A DNA stretch of 64,000 nt from assembly GCA_044224315.1 (NCBI GenBank), contig JBGAKR010000003.1, forward strand, positions 172,510 through 236,509. Reading direction: 5' to 3'. Positions within the stretch are counted from its first letter, which is position 1. Every line of letters begins with the position of its first letter. This stretch comes from Bacteroidia bacterium. GTDB lineage: Bacteria > Bacteroidota > Bacteroidia > NS11-12g > UBA955. Positions 19,010 to 28,082 of the stretch are shown piece after piece. The notes under the pieces were generated by a model. It was not told the DNA's origin. It saw nothing but the letters and a program-made list of their open reading frames with translations, and ran no database searches. The translations under genes and the position numbers were made by a program.

Positions 19010-21625
19010 ATGGATATTGCCCCTAAATACGACCCTAGCAGCATTGAAGACAAATGGTATGCGCATTGGATGGAGAAAGGCTACTTTCATTCCGAACCGG
19101 ATGAACGTGAGCCCTATTGTGTTGTAATTCCTCCACCAAACGTCACCGGGGTGCTGCATATGGGGCATATGCTTAATAATACCATTCAGGATGTATTGGT
19201 GCGCCGCGCCCGAATGTTGGGAAAAAATGCACTGTGGGTGCCTGGAACCGACCATGCAAGCATTGCTACCGAAGCTAAGGTGGTAAACATGCTGGCGGAA
19301 AAAGGCATTCAGAAAAAGGACATCAGCCGGGATGAATTTCTGGGCTATGCCTGGGAGTGGACCCATAAATATGGTGGAATTATTCTGGAACAGCTGAAAA
19401 AACTGGGCGCATCCTGCGATTGGGACCGCACCCGTTTTACCATGGAGCCCGATTTGTACAATGCCGTTATTGACGTATTTATTGATTTGTACAAAAAAGA
19501 CCTGATTTACCGCGGAACCCGCATGGTAAACTGGGACCCTCAGGGTAAAACCACATTAAGCGATGAAGAGGTTATTTTCAAAGAAGTACAGGATAAACTC
19601 TATTATGTAAAATATAGAGTAGAAGGCAGCGATACCGAATTTGTGGCTGTAGCTACTGCAAGGCCCGAAACCATAGCAGGTGATGTGGCTGTATGCGTAA
19701 ATCCAGCCGATGAGCGCTACAAGCACCTGGTTGGTAAAAATGTAATTGTTCCCCTTATTAACAGGGTAGTACCAGTAATTACCGACGATTATATCGATAT
19801 TGAATTCGGAACGGGTGTATTAAAAGTAACTCCTGCCCACGATATTCATGACTATGAAATAGGCCTTAAATACAATTTGCCGGTTTATGATACGTTGAAT
19901 GAAGATGGAACAATATCAGAAGCAGGTTTGCTGTATATTGGTATGGATCGTTTTGAGGCGCGCAAAAGCTGGATTAACGATTTGGAAAAAGAAGGATTGC
20001 TGATTAAGACCGAAGACTATGTGCACAATGTAGGCTTTAGTGAACGCACCAATGCCGTAGTGGAGCCTCGCATAAGCACCCAATGGTTTGTAAGCATGCA
20101 AAAGTTTATGCAGAAAAACCCCGAAGTGCTTGAAAATGTAATGAATGATACCATTCAGTTTCATCCGGCCAAATTTAAAAATACTTACAACCACTGGATA
20201 TCAAATATCAAAGACTGGAACATTAGCCGGCAGTTGTGGTGGGGACAGCAAATACCTGCCTGGTATGCACCTGATGGCAGTTTTGAGGTTGCTAAAAATG
20301 CCGCAGAAGCTGCTGCACAATTTGCAACCAAAGGTGTATCGGTTAGTGCCGATGAACTAAAGCAGGATGAGGATGTATTAGATACCTGGTTTAGCAGTTG
20401 GCTTTGGCCCATTAGCGTGTTTAATGGAATAGAGCAGCCCGATAATGCAGACATAAAATACTATTATCCAACCAATGATCTGGTAACGGGTCCGGATATA
20501 ATTTTCTTTTGGGTAGCCCGAATGATTATGGCCGGGTATGAATACCGCCAGGAAATACCTTTTAAAAATGTGTATTTTACAGGTATTGTGCGCGATAAAC
20601 AACGCCGCAAAATGAGTAAAAGTTTGGGCAATAGCCCCGAACCTATGGACCTTATTGCAAAATACGGTGCCGATGCTGTGCGTATGGGAATATTGCTTTC
20701 ATCGCCTGCAGGCAATGATATTTTGTACGATGAGGCGCAACTGGAACAAGGAAGGAATTTTTGCAATAAATTGTGGAATGCATACCGTTTGGTGAGTGGC
20801 TGGAATGTAGATGAAACGCAAGCCCAGCGCGCAAATGAAACCCAAGCCATTCGTTGGTTTGAAACCCGTTTCAATGCGGGTACCCAATCAATTTATGCCA
20901 AGTTTGAAGAGTTTAAACTGAATGAAGCCCTTATGGAAATTTACAAACTCATTTGGGACGATTTCTGCGGTATTTACCTGGAAGGAGTAAAACCACCCTA
21001 TGGTGAGGCTGCAAACCCACAAACTGTAAAAACTACATCTCAGTTTTTCGATGGGCTGCTGAGGCTGCTTCATCCGTTTATGCCTTTTATTACGGAAGAG
21101 TTGCACCATGCACTGTATCAGGGTAAGCCTGAAAAACCTTGTATGCTTAGCGATTATCCGCAATTTGCCGCACAAGCGCCGCTTTCAGAAGAACCATTGC
21201 AGGCAGTAACCGAAATTCGGAACATTCGCAATGCGCGAAATATTGCACCTAAGGAAAAGCTTGAAGTGGTTATTAATACAGCTGCAGGGGCGTTTAAAGA
21301 TAATCTGGCGCTGATTGAAAAGCTAGCCAATTGCTCGGTAAACCTAAATGCAGAAGTGCCTGCTGGTAGTATATCTGCCCTGGCAGGAACAGCCGAGGTT
21401 TTTGTAATTTTACCCCAGCAGGATGTAGATCCTGAACAGGAAAAAATGCGTATTAATGAAGAAATTAACTATCTGCAAGGTTTCTTAAAATCAGTTGAGG
21501 CTAAATTGGGCAACGAAAGATTTGTAGCCAATGCCAAACCAGAAGTGGTAGATAAAGAGAAACAAAAAAAAGCCGATGCCGAGCAGAAAATTGCCAATCT
21601 TCAACGTCAATTGTTGGCATTGTAA
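19010..21625 (+). CDS. valS: valine--tRNA ligase
   Basis: 871 aa. HIGH-like motif PPNVTGVLHMGHM, KMSKS motif and a long coiled-coil C-terminus, all typical of ValRS. Confidence 0.95.
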   Translation: MDIAPKYDPSSIEDKWYAHWMEKGYFHSEPDEREPYCVVIPPPNVTGVLHMGHMLNNTIQDVLVRRARMLGKNALWVPGTDHASIATEAKVVNMLAEKGIQKKDISRDEFLGYAWEWTHKYGGIILEQLKKLGASCDWDRTRFTMEPDLYNAVIDVFIDLYKKDLIYRGTRMVNWDPQGKTTLSDEEVIFKEVQDKLYYVKYRVEGSDTEFVAVATARPETIAGDVAVCVNPADERYKHLVGKNVIVPLINRVVPVITDDYIDIEFGTGVLKVTPAHDIHDYEIGLKYNLPVYDTLNEDGTISEAGLLYIGMDRFEARKSWINDLEKEGLLIKTEDYVHNVGFSERTNAVVEPRISTQWFVSMQKFMQKNPEVLENVMNDTIQFHPAKFKNTYNHWISNIKDWNISRQLWWGQQIPAWYAPDGSFEVAKNAAEAAAQFATKGVSVSADELKQDEDVLDTWFSSWLWPISVFNGIEQPDNADIKYYYPTNDLVTGPDIIFFWVARMIMAGYEYRQEIPFKNVYFTGIVRDKQRRKMSKSLGNSPEPMDLIAKYGADAVRMGILLSSPAGNDILYDEAQLEQGRNFCNKLWNAYRLVSGWNVDETQAQRANETQAIRWFETRFNAGTQSIYAKFEEFKLNEALMEIYKLIWDDFCGIYLEGVKPPYGEAANPQTVKTTSQFFDGLLRLLHPFMPFITEELHHALYQGKPEKPCMLSDYPQFAAQAPLSEEPLQAVTEIRNIRNARNIAPKEKLEVVINTAAGAFKDNLALIEKLANCSVNLNAEVPAGSISALAGTAEVFVILPQQDVDPEQEKMRINEEINYLQGFLKSVEAKLGNERFVANAKPEVVDKEKQKKADAEQKIANLQRQLLAL

Positions 21626-21645
21626 TAGAATACCATACCCAAAAT

Positions 21646-21674
21646 AAAAAATCCCTTTTCAGGGATTTTTTTTG
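21646..21674 (+). terminator. rho-independent terminator after valS
   Basis: aaaaaatcccttttcagggattttttttg. Confidence 0.8.
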
Positions 21675-21712
21675 TCCCAAACCCAGGGACAATATGAAAT
21701 ACCGGAATAGAG

Positions 21713-22225
21713 TTATTTTAAACGGATAACAGGATTGATGAAATACTCGTTTTGATTGGTGGTGTTAATGGAGGAGGGGACATCGAAAGTGAATGTAACC
21801 TTCACATTATCGGACTGCAGAATGCGTTTTACTTGCAGGGTAACGGCATTGTTCTCCAAATTGGGATTAACACCGGCAGGATAGCATTTTGCCGATTTTA
21901 CCACAGAGTTTCTGGTACCTAAAATGAAGCGCACCTCTCTGATTTCAGCCATAGGAATATTGCCTGTGGCCAAAATGGTGTCGCGACCCGATGCTATTCG
22001 GTTTAAATTCAAGGTATTTTGGGTGGTTTTAAGAAAAAACCATCCTGTATTGTCTTTGGTGGTTTTCACCCACACTTCTTTAATGTCAACATTTACAGCT
22101 TCGTATGCAGCTGAGGGTGTTGCTGTGAGGTAAACTTGTAGGTTTGTGTTTTTAGGTTTGCTGCAACTAAAAAGGAAACTTAGCAAACTAAAACCCACCA
22201 CTGCCATGGTAAGTTGTTTTTTCAT
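21713..22225 (-). CDS. lipoprotein, hypothetical (DUF4382-like)
   Basis: Internal start MKKQLTMAVVGFSLLSFLFSCSK (lipobox). Beta-rich 170-aa domain; the family call is tentative. Confidence 0.5.
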   Translation of the reverse strand: MKKQLTMAVVGFSLLSFLFSCSKPKNTNLQVYLTATPSAAYEAVNVDIKEVWVKTTKDNTGWFFLKTTQNTLNLNRIASGRDTILATGNIPMAEIREVRFILGTRNSVVKSAKCYPAGVNPNLENNAVTLQVKRILQSDNVKVTFTFDVPSSINTTNQNEYFINPVIRLK

Positions 22226-22305
22226 GATGCTCCGTAATACAAAATTCGGATATTCTGGACATATTTCCAAGTTTTTCCCCAAAAAAATGGGGTTATCCAC
22301 AAAAA

Positions 22306-23643
22306 TTATTTTGTTTCGGGACGCATTTTGAGGTTTTTGAGGTGGTATTCACCCACTGCATTCCCCATCATTTTGCCATTTTCGATGGCGTCGATAAAGT
22401 GTATTCCACCGTAAAGCCGGCTTATGCAAGCCTCATTTGCAGCCTGCCTGAATCCATTGAAGTGTCTGGTACCTAAGCCAAATTCATATTCCGCACTATC
22501 CGTAAATTCAAAATCGCCAAAATAATGGGTTAAAACAGTAGCTGCGGCAGATGAAACCACACTGTGTCCGCTAGGATACTCGGGAAAGGCAGGTGTTTGA
22601 ATCGGAGGGATCCAGGATGAGTCGATAAACATGCGGATAGCTGTTTCAGGTCGAATGTACTCTGTTTTGTATTTCTCATTCCAGCAGCAGATAAAGGCAT
22701 CAAAGATGGCAGCACTTAGACATGTAAATCCCTCTGCTGATTGAATTAATGTGTATTTTTTTTGTTTTGAAACAGTGCTGAACATGCCCAACCAATGCCC
22801 AGCAGGTGAAACTTTTAAGATACTAATGGTTACGTGTCCCATGTGTTCCATAGTATTTGGATTATCGTCCCAGTATTTTGCAATCAACAGATGATTGCTG
22901 TCTTTTTTTTGAACCTCATCGTATACTTCTTTAGATATCTTGAAAAAACGGGAAGATTTATTTTTGGAAAAAGTTTCTGGTGGGGGAATAGAGGTAAAAT
23001 TTGAAGACGGCACAAGATTAGTTCTTATGTGGCCCCAGTTGGGTTCTACTGCATCGCCATAATCGGGCGCGGTGGGTTGCCATTTGCCCTCCTCTTTGCG
23101 TACAACATAAAAATCATGGCCGCGGTATTGGTCAAAACTATCCTTTTTAGCCCAACGGATAATATGCCAGCCTACTGAATCGCCGTAAGCCACCGAGTTT
23201 TCAAACATGGTTTTGCTTAGTTGCGATTTATACCACTCTAATTTACGTTCTCTGAATCCGGTTATGGAATCCTCTTTATATACCAGTTTTTTTGATACTG
23301 TAGTATGAGCAGCCAATGCCACCAAATCCAGGCAATAGTCTTTGGCCGTGTCGGCAGCAGGCCCGGGTTTTAAACCATGCATTTGCCCGGCAAGTGAAGT
23401 ATAGCCTGCATGAAAGGGTACTAAACTTTCGTAAGCTGCAGCACAGGCATAAAAATACCTTCGACTGCCTACCGGAGCTGGCACATGGTCTACCACTACT
23501 GCATTTTGTATAGCGGTATTACACTCCGATAATATATTCTGGTTTAAGGTAATTTTGCCCTTACGGGTATCTCCACTGCCGCCGCAGGAAGCCAATCCTG
23601 CCGCAATACTTAGCACTGTAAAAATGGAAACGGATGATTTCAT
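22306..23643 (-). CDS. PAP2-superfamily lipoprotein of the vanadium-dependent haloperoxidase / acid-phosphatase type
   Basis: Lipoprotein signal MKSSVSIFTVLSIAAGLASCGG. PAP2/V-HPO signature motifs K-x6-RP (KTEYIRPETA), PSGHS and SRLYGGIHF. Confidence 0.7.
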   Translation of the reverse strand: MKSSVSIFTVLSIAAGLASCGGSGDTRKGKITLNQNILSECNTAIQNAVVVDHVPAPVGSRRYFYACAAAYESLVPFHAGYTSLAGQMHGLKPGPAADTAKDYCLDLVALAAHTTVSKKLVYKEDSITGFRERKLEWYKSQLSKTMFENSVAYGDSVGWHIIRWAKKDSFDQYRGHDFYVVRKEEGKWQPTAPDYGDAVEPNWGHIRTNLVPSSNFTSIPPPETFSKNKSSRFFKISKEVYDEVQKKDSNHLLIAKYWDDNPNTMEHMGHVTISILKVSPAGHWLGMFSTVSKQKKYTLIQSAEGFTCLSAAIFDAFICCWNEKYKTEYIRPETAIRMFIDSSWIPPIQTPAFPEYPSGHSVVSSAAATVLTHYFGDFEFTDSAEYEFGLGTRHFNGFRQAANEACISRLYGGIHFIDAIENGKMMGNAVGEYHLKNLKMRPETK

Positions 23644-23760
23644 TGCCTGACAAAGGTAGTAATCCCTAACCATAAATTTGGGTTGTATGCGGGCATCTTA
23701 CAACAAAATTATTATGGAAGTAATCAAATGGCTTCTCATCAATTCATTCAGAAAACGAAT

Positions 23761-23796
23761 AAAAAAGGCCTTCAAGAAATTGAAGGCCTTTTTTAT
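23761..23796. terminator. bidirectional rho-independent terminator downstream of the lysine-rich secreted protein gene
   Basis: aaaaaaggccttcaagaaattgaaggccttttttat: a hairpin flanked by A-run and T-run. Confidence 0.75.
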
Positions 23797-23814
23797 TTAT
23801 GGGTTTATAGTGAT

Positions 23815-24681
23815 TTACAGATAAAGCAAATCTACCAACTGTTTAACGATGTCTTCCTGATCGTGGAGCAGGGATGAGGTTACATGGTGGGTGCGGTTGT
23901 CATTTGAGGTAACTATGTCCCATTCGTGATCGGTAACCCCATGGTTTTTAGCAGTAGCAACCAAATTTCCGCTAGTGTTATATATCGTATAAGTGGTTAT
24001 GATAGAGCCGCTTTGGGTGCTGGTAATACTTTCAATATGTCCGATTAATACACTGGATTGGCGAATATCACGGCCAGAAAAGGTGACTTTATCATTTCGA
24101 TTGCGGTTATTGGCATCATCACTTTTGGGTTTCGGAGCCGGTCCACCATTGTAGCCAGAAATGGTTTTGGCTTTTGACTGCTTAAAAGTATTAAAATTCT
24201 TAACGTTTAGGGTAGAGTCATTAAATAAATAATAGTAACAAACCATTTCTAATGGGTTGTCTTTTTGTTCCGTTTCAAAGCGGGTGGTTCCGTTGGTCCA
24301 TACCCAGTAATAAACTGCATTCGCACCCGATGATACAGTTTCAAGGGTAGCAGTAAGTTCAGGTTCAGTTTGTTTAAAAGCTTTGAAATTATAAATGATA
24401 ACGGTGCCCAGTAGGTTTTTGCTTACCTCTTTGCCGGTGCAATATGGCTTACCTCCGCAGTACAAAGTGTCGCGCGAGGTGGTGGCTTTGCCAGTTTTTT
24501 TACTTTTTGCGATTTTGTCGTGATGGCGCTTATCCTCAGCCTTTGATTTCAAGGCAGGATCTTTACCTTCTTTTTTCTCCTTTTTGCCTTTTTTGTCTTT
24601 CTTTGGCTCTTCAGGATCTGTTTGTGCATAAGCGGTAAGGCAAAGCGCCGATATGCAAAACATCAAAATTGCTCTTTTCAT
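23815..24681 (-). CDS. secreted hypothetical protein with a lysine-rich low-complexity N-terminal region
   Basis: Signal peptide MKRAILMFCISALCLTAYAQ, then KKDKKGKKEKKEGKD..., then a Ser/Thr/Asn-rich beta-type domain. Confidence 0.55.
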   Translation of the reverse strand: MKRAILMFCISALCLTAYAQTDPEEPKKDKKGKKEKKEGKDPALKSKAEDKRHHDKIAKSKKTGKATTSRDTLYCGGKPYCTGKEVSKNLLGTVIIYNFKAFKQTEPELTATLETVSSGANAVYYWVWTNGTTRFETEQKDNPLEMVCYYYLFNDSTLNVKNFNTFKQSKAKTISGYNGGPAPKPKSDDANNRNRNDKVTFSGRDIRQSSVLIGHIESITSTQSGSIITTYTIYNTSGNLVATAKNHGVTDHEWDIVTSNDNRTHHVTSSLLHDQEDIVKQLVDLLYL

Positions 24682-24811
24682 ACTGTTTCGGTTTCAAATA
24701 TCGCACCGTATTGCCAACTTTCAACCAAACTACAATTATTCTATATCGTGTTGTATAAAAATATAGACAAAATGGTAAAATAATATATGAATGAAAATTG
24801 CCCGGAAGCCA

Positions 24812-24843
24812 AAGGCAAAAAAAAACACACCCTAAAGTGTGTT
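24812..24843 (-). terminator. rho-independent terminator (minus strand) downstream of the small basic ORF
   Basis: On the minus strand: aacacac-tttagg-gtgtgtt followed by nine T. Confidence 0.6.
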
Positions 24844-24865
24844 TTCTATATCAAATTGATAAGAT

Positions 24866-25015
24866 TTATTCTTGGTCTTCGAGGATAATACCAGACTCAC
24901 CTTTATGGGGTGAAGCAATTGTTACCACACTACGGAGGCGTTTAATAGTTTGCACGCGCCTGTTCATGCGGCTGCGGATCTTGGCTTCTTTGCGTTTCAG
25001 TCTTGTAACTCCCAT
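24866..25015 (-). CDS. unannotated small ORF, 49 aa, very basic (MGVTRLKRKEAKIRSRMNRRVQTIKRLRSVVTIASPHKGESGIILEDQE)
   Basis: ATG to TAA on the minus strand; below the 60-aa cutoff of the ORF track. A terminator lies 23 nt downstream. Sits inside an 868-bp intergenic region. No family recognised. Confidence 0.35.
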   Translation of the reverse strand: MGVTRLKRKEAKIRSRMNRRVQTIKRLRSVVTIASPHKGESGIILEDQE

Positions 25016-25261
25016 GATTCGAAAATTGAGCCGCAAAAATAGGAATTAGATTCTAAATATGCAAGTGGTAGGTTTAATAATGTAAAATGCTTGCCCGAAC
25101 CTGAAAGGGGCGGGTAAAATGTAGAATGTTAAATGGAACAGCCTCGGCCACATTTCCAATGGGCGGAGCAAGGCGCAGTCTTCCACATTTTCCGCAGGCT
25201 GAGTAAAGTGCAAAGTGCGAAGTGCACACAACAGCCAATTAAATGTAAAATGTAACATATA

Positions 25262-25420
25262 CATTTCTCACATACACTTTCTCTACCAATCCACTATTCA
25301 ACCATTCCACCAATCTAAAATTGCGCAATAACAAAACAACACAAAAACACAATACCACAACAACAGAATTACCCAATACCACAATACCACCACAACACAA
25401 TTACACAATACCACGACATT
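25262..25420 (+). repeat. low-complexity A/C-only tract on the plus strand (CA-rich, degenerate ACAATACCAC-type repeats), upstream of hmgA
   Basis: Seen directly: ~150 nt with almost no G or T on the plus strand (acaaaacaacacaaaaacacaataccacaacaacag...). Confidence 0.8.
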
Positions 25421-25549
25421 GCGCAATATATTGCTAATCAATACTTTATACCACTTGTTTTGAATATTTATGAATTACTTGGGGGTGACCCAAATCACAT
25501 TTTATACTAACACATGTTAGTTGATTTGCCGCAACTTAATTTCATAACT

Positions 25550-26734
25550 ATGCCACTCTATCGTCAAATAGGCCTTATTCCAAACAAGCGCCACGTGGTT
25601 TTTCGCCAGCCCAATGGCGAATTATACCACGAAGAGCTATTTGGTACAGAAGGGTTCTCGGGCGTTTCTTCGCTTGTTTACCATTTGTACCCGCCCACCA
25701 TGGTTAAAGAACATGGTAAACCCTTTAGCGTTCGTCCTGAAATTGCCGTGGAAGACAATCTCCAAGCCCGCAGTTATTTAGGTATGGAGGTAGAGCCTGA
25801 AGAAAATTATATCGACAGTAGAAAAGTATTGTTTGTAAACGATGATATGCACATTGGCCTGGCTTCTCCTAAAAACAGCATGGCTGATTATTTTTTCAAA
25901 AATGCCGATGCCGATGAGATGCTTTTCATTCACCGTGGCAAGGGGATTCTGAAAACCATGTATGGAACTGTAGACTTTGAGTATGGCGATTATGTGATTA
26001 TTCCACGAGGTACGGTTTATCAGTTAATTTTTGAAACCACCGACAATAAAATCCTGTTTGTAGAATCGTTTTCACCCATTGAAACACCTCCGCGTTATCG
26101 CAATCAGTATGGGCAGTTTATGGAAAATTCTCCCTTCTGCGAACGCGATTTTAAATTGCCCCATAGCATGGAAACCCATGCAGAAAAAGGCGATTTTAAA
26201 ATTTATATCAAAAAACGCGGATTGATATATCCATACGTTTACGAAACCCATCCCTTCGATGCTGTGGGTTATGATGGCTGTAGCTATCCTTATGCAATGA
26301 GCATCTTTAACTTTGAACCTATCACAGGGCGCATTCATATGCCGCCTCCCATTCACCAACATTTTCAGGGACGCAATTTTGTGATCTGCAGTTTTGTTCC
26401 CCGAATGTATGATTACCATCCGGATGCAATTCCGGCTCCGTATCATCACAGCAATATTGACAGCGACGAGCTGCTGTATTATGTAGACGGTGATTTTATG
26501 AGCCGCAATAACATACAGAAAGGGCAAATAACCCTGCACCCGGGCGGTATACCCCATGGACCACATCCAGGGGCCATAGAACGCAGCATTGGTAAAAAAG
26601 AAACCCACGAGCTTGCCGTTATGATTGATCCGTTTAATCCGGTAAAAATCACCACCGAAGCACTGAAATTAGAGGTGGCCGATTACTATAAAAGCTGGCT
26701 CACACAACCCGACAAAAACCTTCAACCGGCCTAA
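25550..26734 (+). CDS. hmgA: homogentisate 1,2-dioxygenase
   Basis: The N-terminus MPLYRQIGLIPNKRHVVFRQPNGELYHEELFGTEGFSGVSSLVYH matches the HGD family. The ORF track starts 12 codons upstream at 25514; MPLY at 25550 was taken as the likely start. Confidence 0.8.
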   Translation: MPLYRQIGLIPNKRHVVFRQPNGELYHEELFGTEGFSGVSSLVYHLYPPTMVKEHGKPFSVRPEIAVEDNLQARSYLGMEVEPEENYIDSRKVLFVNDDMHIGLASPKNSMADYFFKNADADEMLFIHRGKGILKTMYGTVDFEYGDYVIIPRGTVYQLIFETTDNKILFVESFSPIETPPRYRNQYGQFMENSPFCERDFKLPHSMETHAEKGDFKIYIKKRGLIYPYVYETHPFDAVGYDGCSYPYAMSIFNFEPITGRIHMPPPIHQHFQGRNFVICSFVPRMYDYHPDAIPAPYHHSNIDSDELLYYVDGDFMSRNNIQKGQITLHPGGIPHGPHPGAIERSIGKKETHELAVMIDPFNPVKITTEALKLEVADYYKSWLTQPDKNLQPA

Positions 26735-26774
26735 AAAAACATTCAGAAAATAAACATTTAGCAATCTATAAATC

Positions 26775-27935
26775 ATGGAAACATTAGATTTAACAGCGGT
26801 AAAAAATTACCAATATTCAGAAACTGAAAAAATCTTTGAAAATGCGAAAGATTTTCTACCCATTAACGGAACCGATTATGTGGAATTATATGTGGGCAAT
26901 GCCAAGCAAAGTGCCCATTATTATAAAACTGCTTTCGGCTTTCAGGATTTGGCTTATGCAGGACTGGAAACCGGCGTAAAAGACTATACCAGCTATGTAT
27001 TGCAGCAAGGCAAAATAAGATTGGTACTCACCACCCCGTTTAAAACCGACAGTGATATGGCACGCCACCTGGCTGTACATGGCGATGGGGTAAAGGTAAT
27101 AGCCCTTTGGGTAAACGATGCTTACGATGCTTTTGAACAAACAGTAAGCCGCGGTGCCAAACCCTATTTACAACCCGAAACTATTACTGATAAGGATGGA
27201 ACCATACGTCGTTCGGGAATACATACTTACGGAGACACCGTACACATTTTTATTGAACGCAAAGACTACAATGGTCTGTTCCTTCCTGGTTATGAAGTAC
27301 TTAAAACAGAGTACAACCCAATCCCTACAGGATTAAAATACATAGACCATATGGTAGGCAATGTAGAAATGGGAGCTATGAATAAATGGTCGGATTTCTA
27401 TGCCAACGTAATGGGCTTTGCCAATCTGGTAACCTTCGATGATAAAGACATCAGCACAGAATATACTGCGCTAATGAGCAAGGTAATGACCAATGGCAAC
27501 GGATACATTAAGTTTCCGATTAATGAACCCGCAACAGGTATTAAAAAATCGCAGGTAGAAGAGTACCTGGATTTCTACAACGGCCCTGGATGCCAGCATA
27601 TTGCCGTGGCAACCGATGATATTGTATTTACAATTTCTGAAATGCGCAAGCGTGGAGTTGAGTTTTTATATGTTCCTGGTACCTATTACGATACAGTGAA
27701 AGACCGGGTAGGCATTATTGAAGAAGACCTGGAAGAGCTTAAAAAATGGGGCATTATGGTAGACCGGGATGAAGAAGGGTATTTATTGCAAATATTTACC
27801 AAACCTGTAGAAGACCGTCCCACCTTATTTTTCGAAATTATCCAACGCAAAGGGGCAAAAAGTTTTGGAAAAGGCAACTTTCAGGCACTATTTGAAAGTA
27901 TTGAGGCCGAACAAGCCCGTCGCGGAACCCTTTAA
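26775..27935 (+). CDS. hppD: 4-hydroxyphenylpyruvate dioxygenase
   Basis: 386 aa with two VOC/glyoxalase-like modules. C-terminal ...LFFEIIQRKGAKSFGKGNFQALFESIEAEQARRG is characteristic of HPPD. Confidence 0.85.
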   Translation: METLDLTAVKNYQYSETEKIFENAKDFLPINGTDYVELYVGNAKQSAHYYKTAFGFQDLAYAGLETGVKDYTSYVLQQGKIRLVLTTPFKTDSDMARHLAVHGDGVKVIALWVNDAYDAFEQTVSRGAKPYLQPETITDKDGTIRRSGIHTYGDTVHIFIERKDYNGLFLPGYEVLKTEYNPIPTGLKYIDHMVGNVEMGAMNKWSDFYANVMGFANLVTFDDKDISTEYTALMSKVMTNGNGYIKFPINEPATGIKKSQVEEYLDFYNGPGCQHIAVATDDIVFTISEMRKRGVEFLYVPGTYYDTVKDRVGIIEEDLEELKKWGIMVDRDEEGYLLQIFTKPVEDRPTLFFEIIQRKGAKSFGKGNFQALFESIEAEQARRGTL

Positions 27936-27957
27936 ACATTTTTGAGTGTAGTGATAG

Positions 27958-27995
27958 GAAAAAAATCCCCGACCTAGTGTTGGGGATTTTTTTAA
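27958..27995 (+). terminator. rho-independent terminator after hppD
   Basis: aaaaaaatccccgacctagtgttggggatttttttaat. Confidence 0.8.
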
Positions 27996-28082
27996 TTACA
28001 AATTACTTTTAATTCACAATTAATTGTATTTTTGTTAAACCTACATAATCACTTAAATTCAATTTTAAATTGATTTCCCTCT

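Noticed and set aside
25046-25260. Structured ncRNA (RNase P, SRP, tmRNA, 6S) in the G-rich part of the 868-bp intergenic region
   Set aside because: None of the universally conserved motifs of these RNAs (for example GGAAAGUCCGG for RNase P, or the tmRNA 3' end) are present. Only the dispersed AACAGCC block was found.
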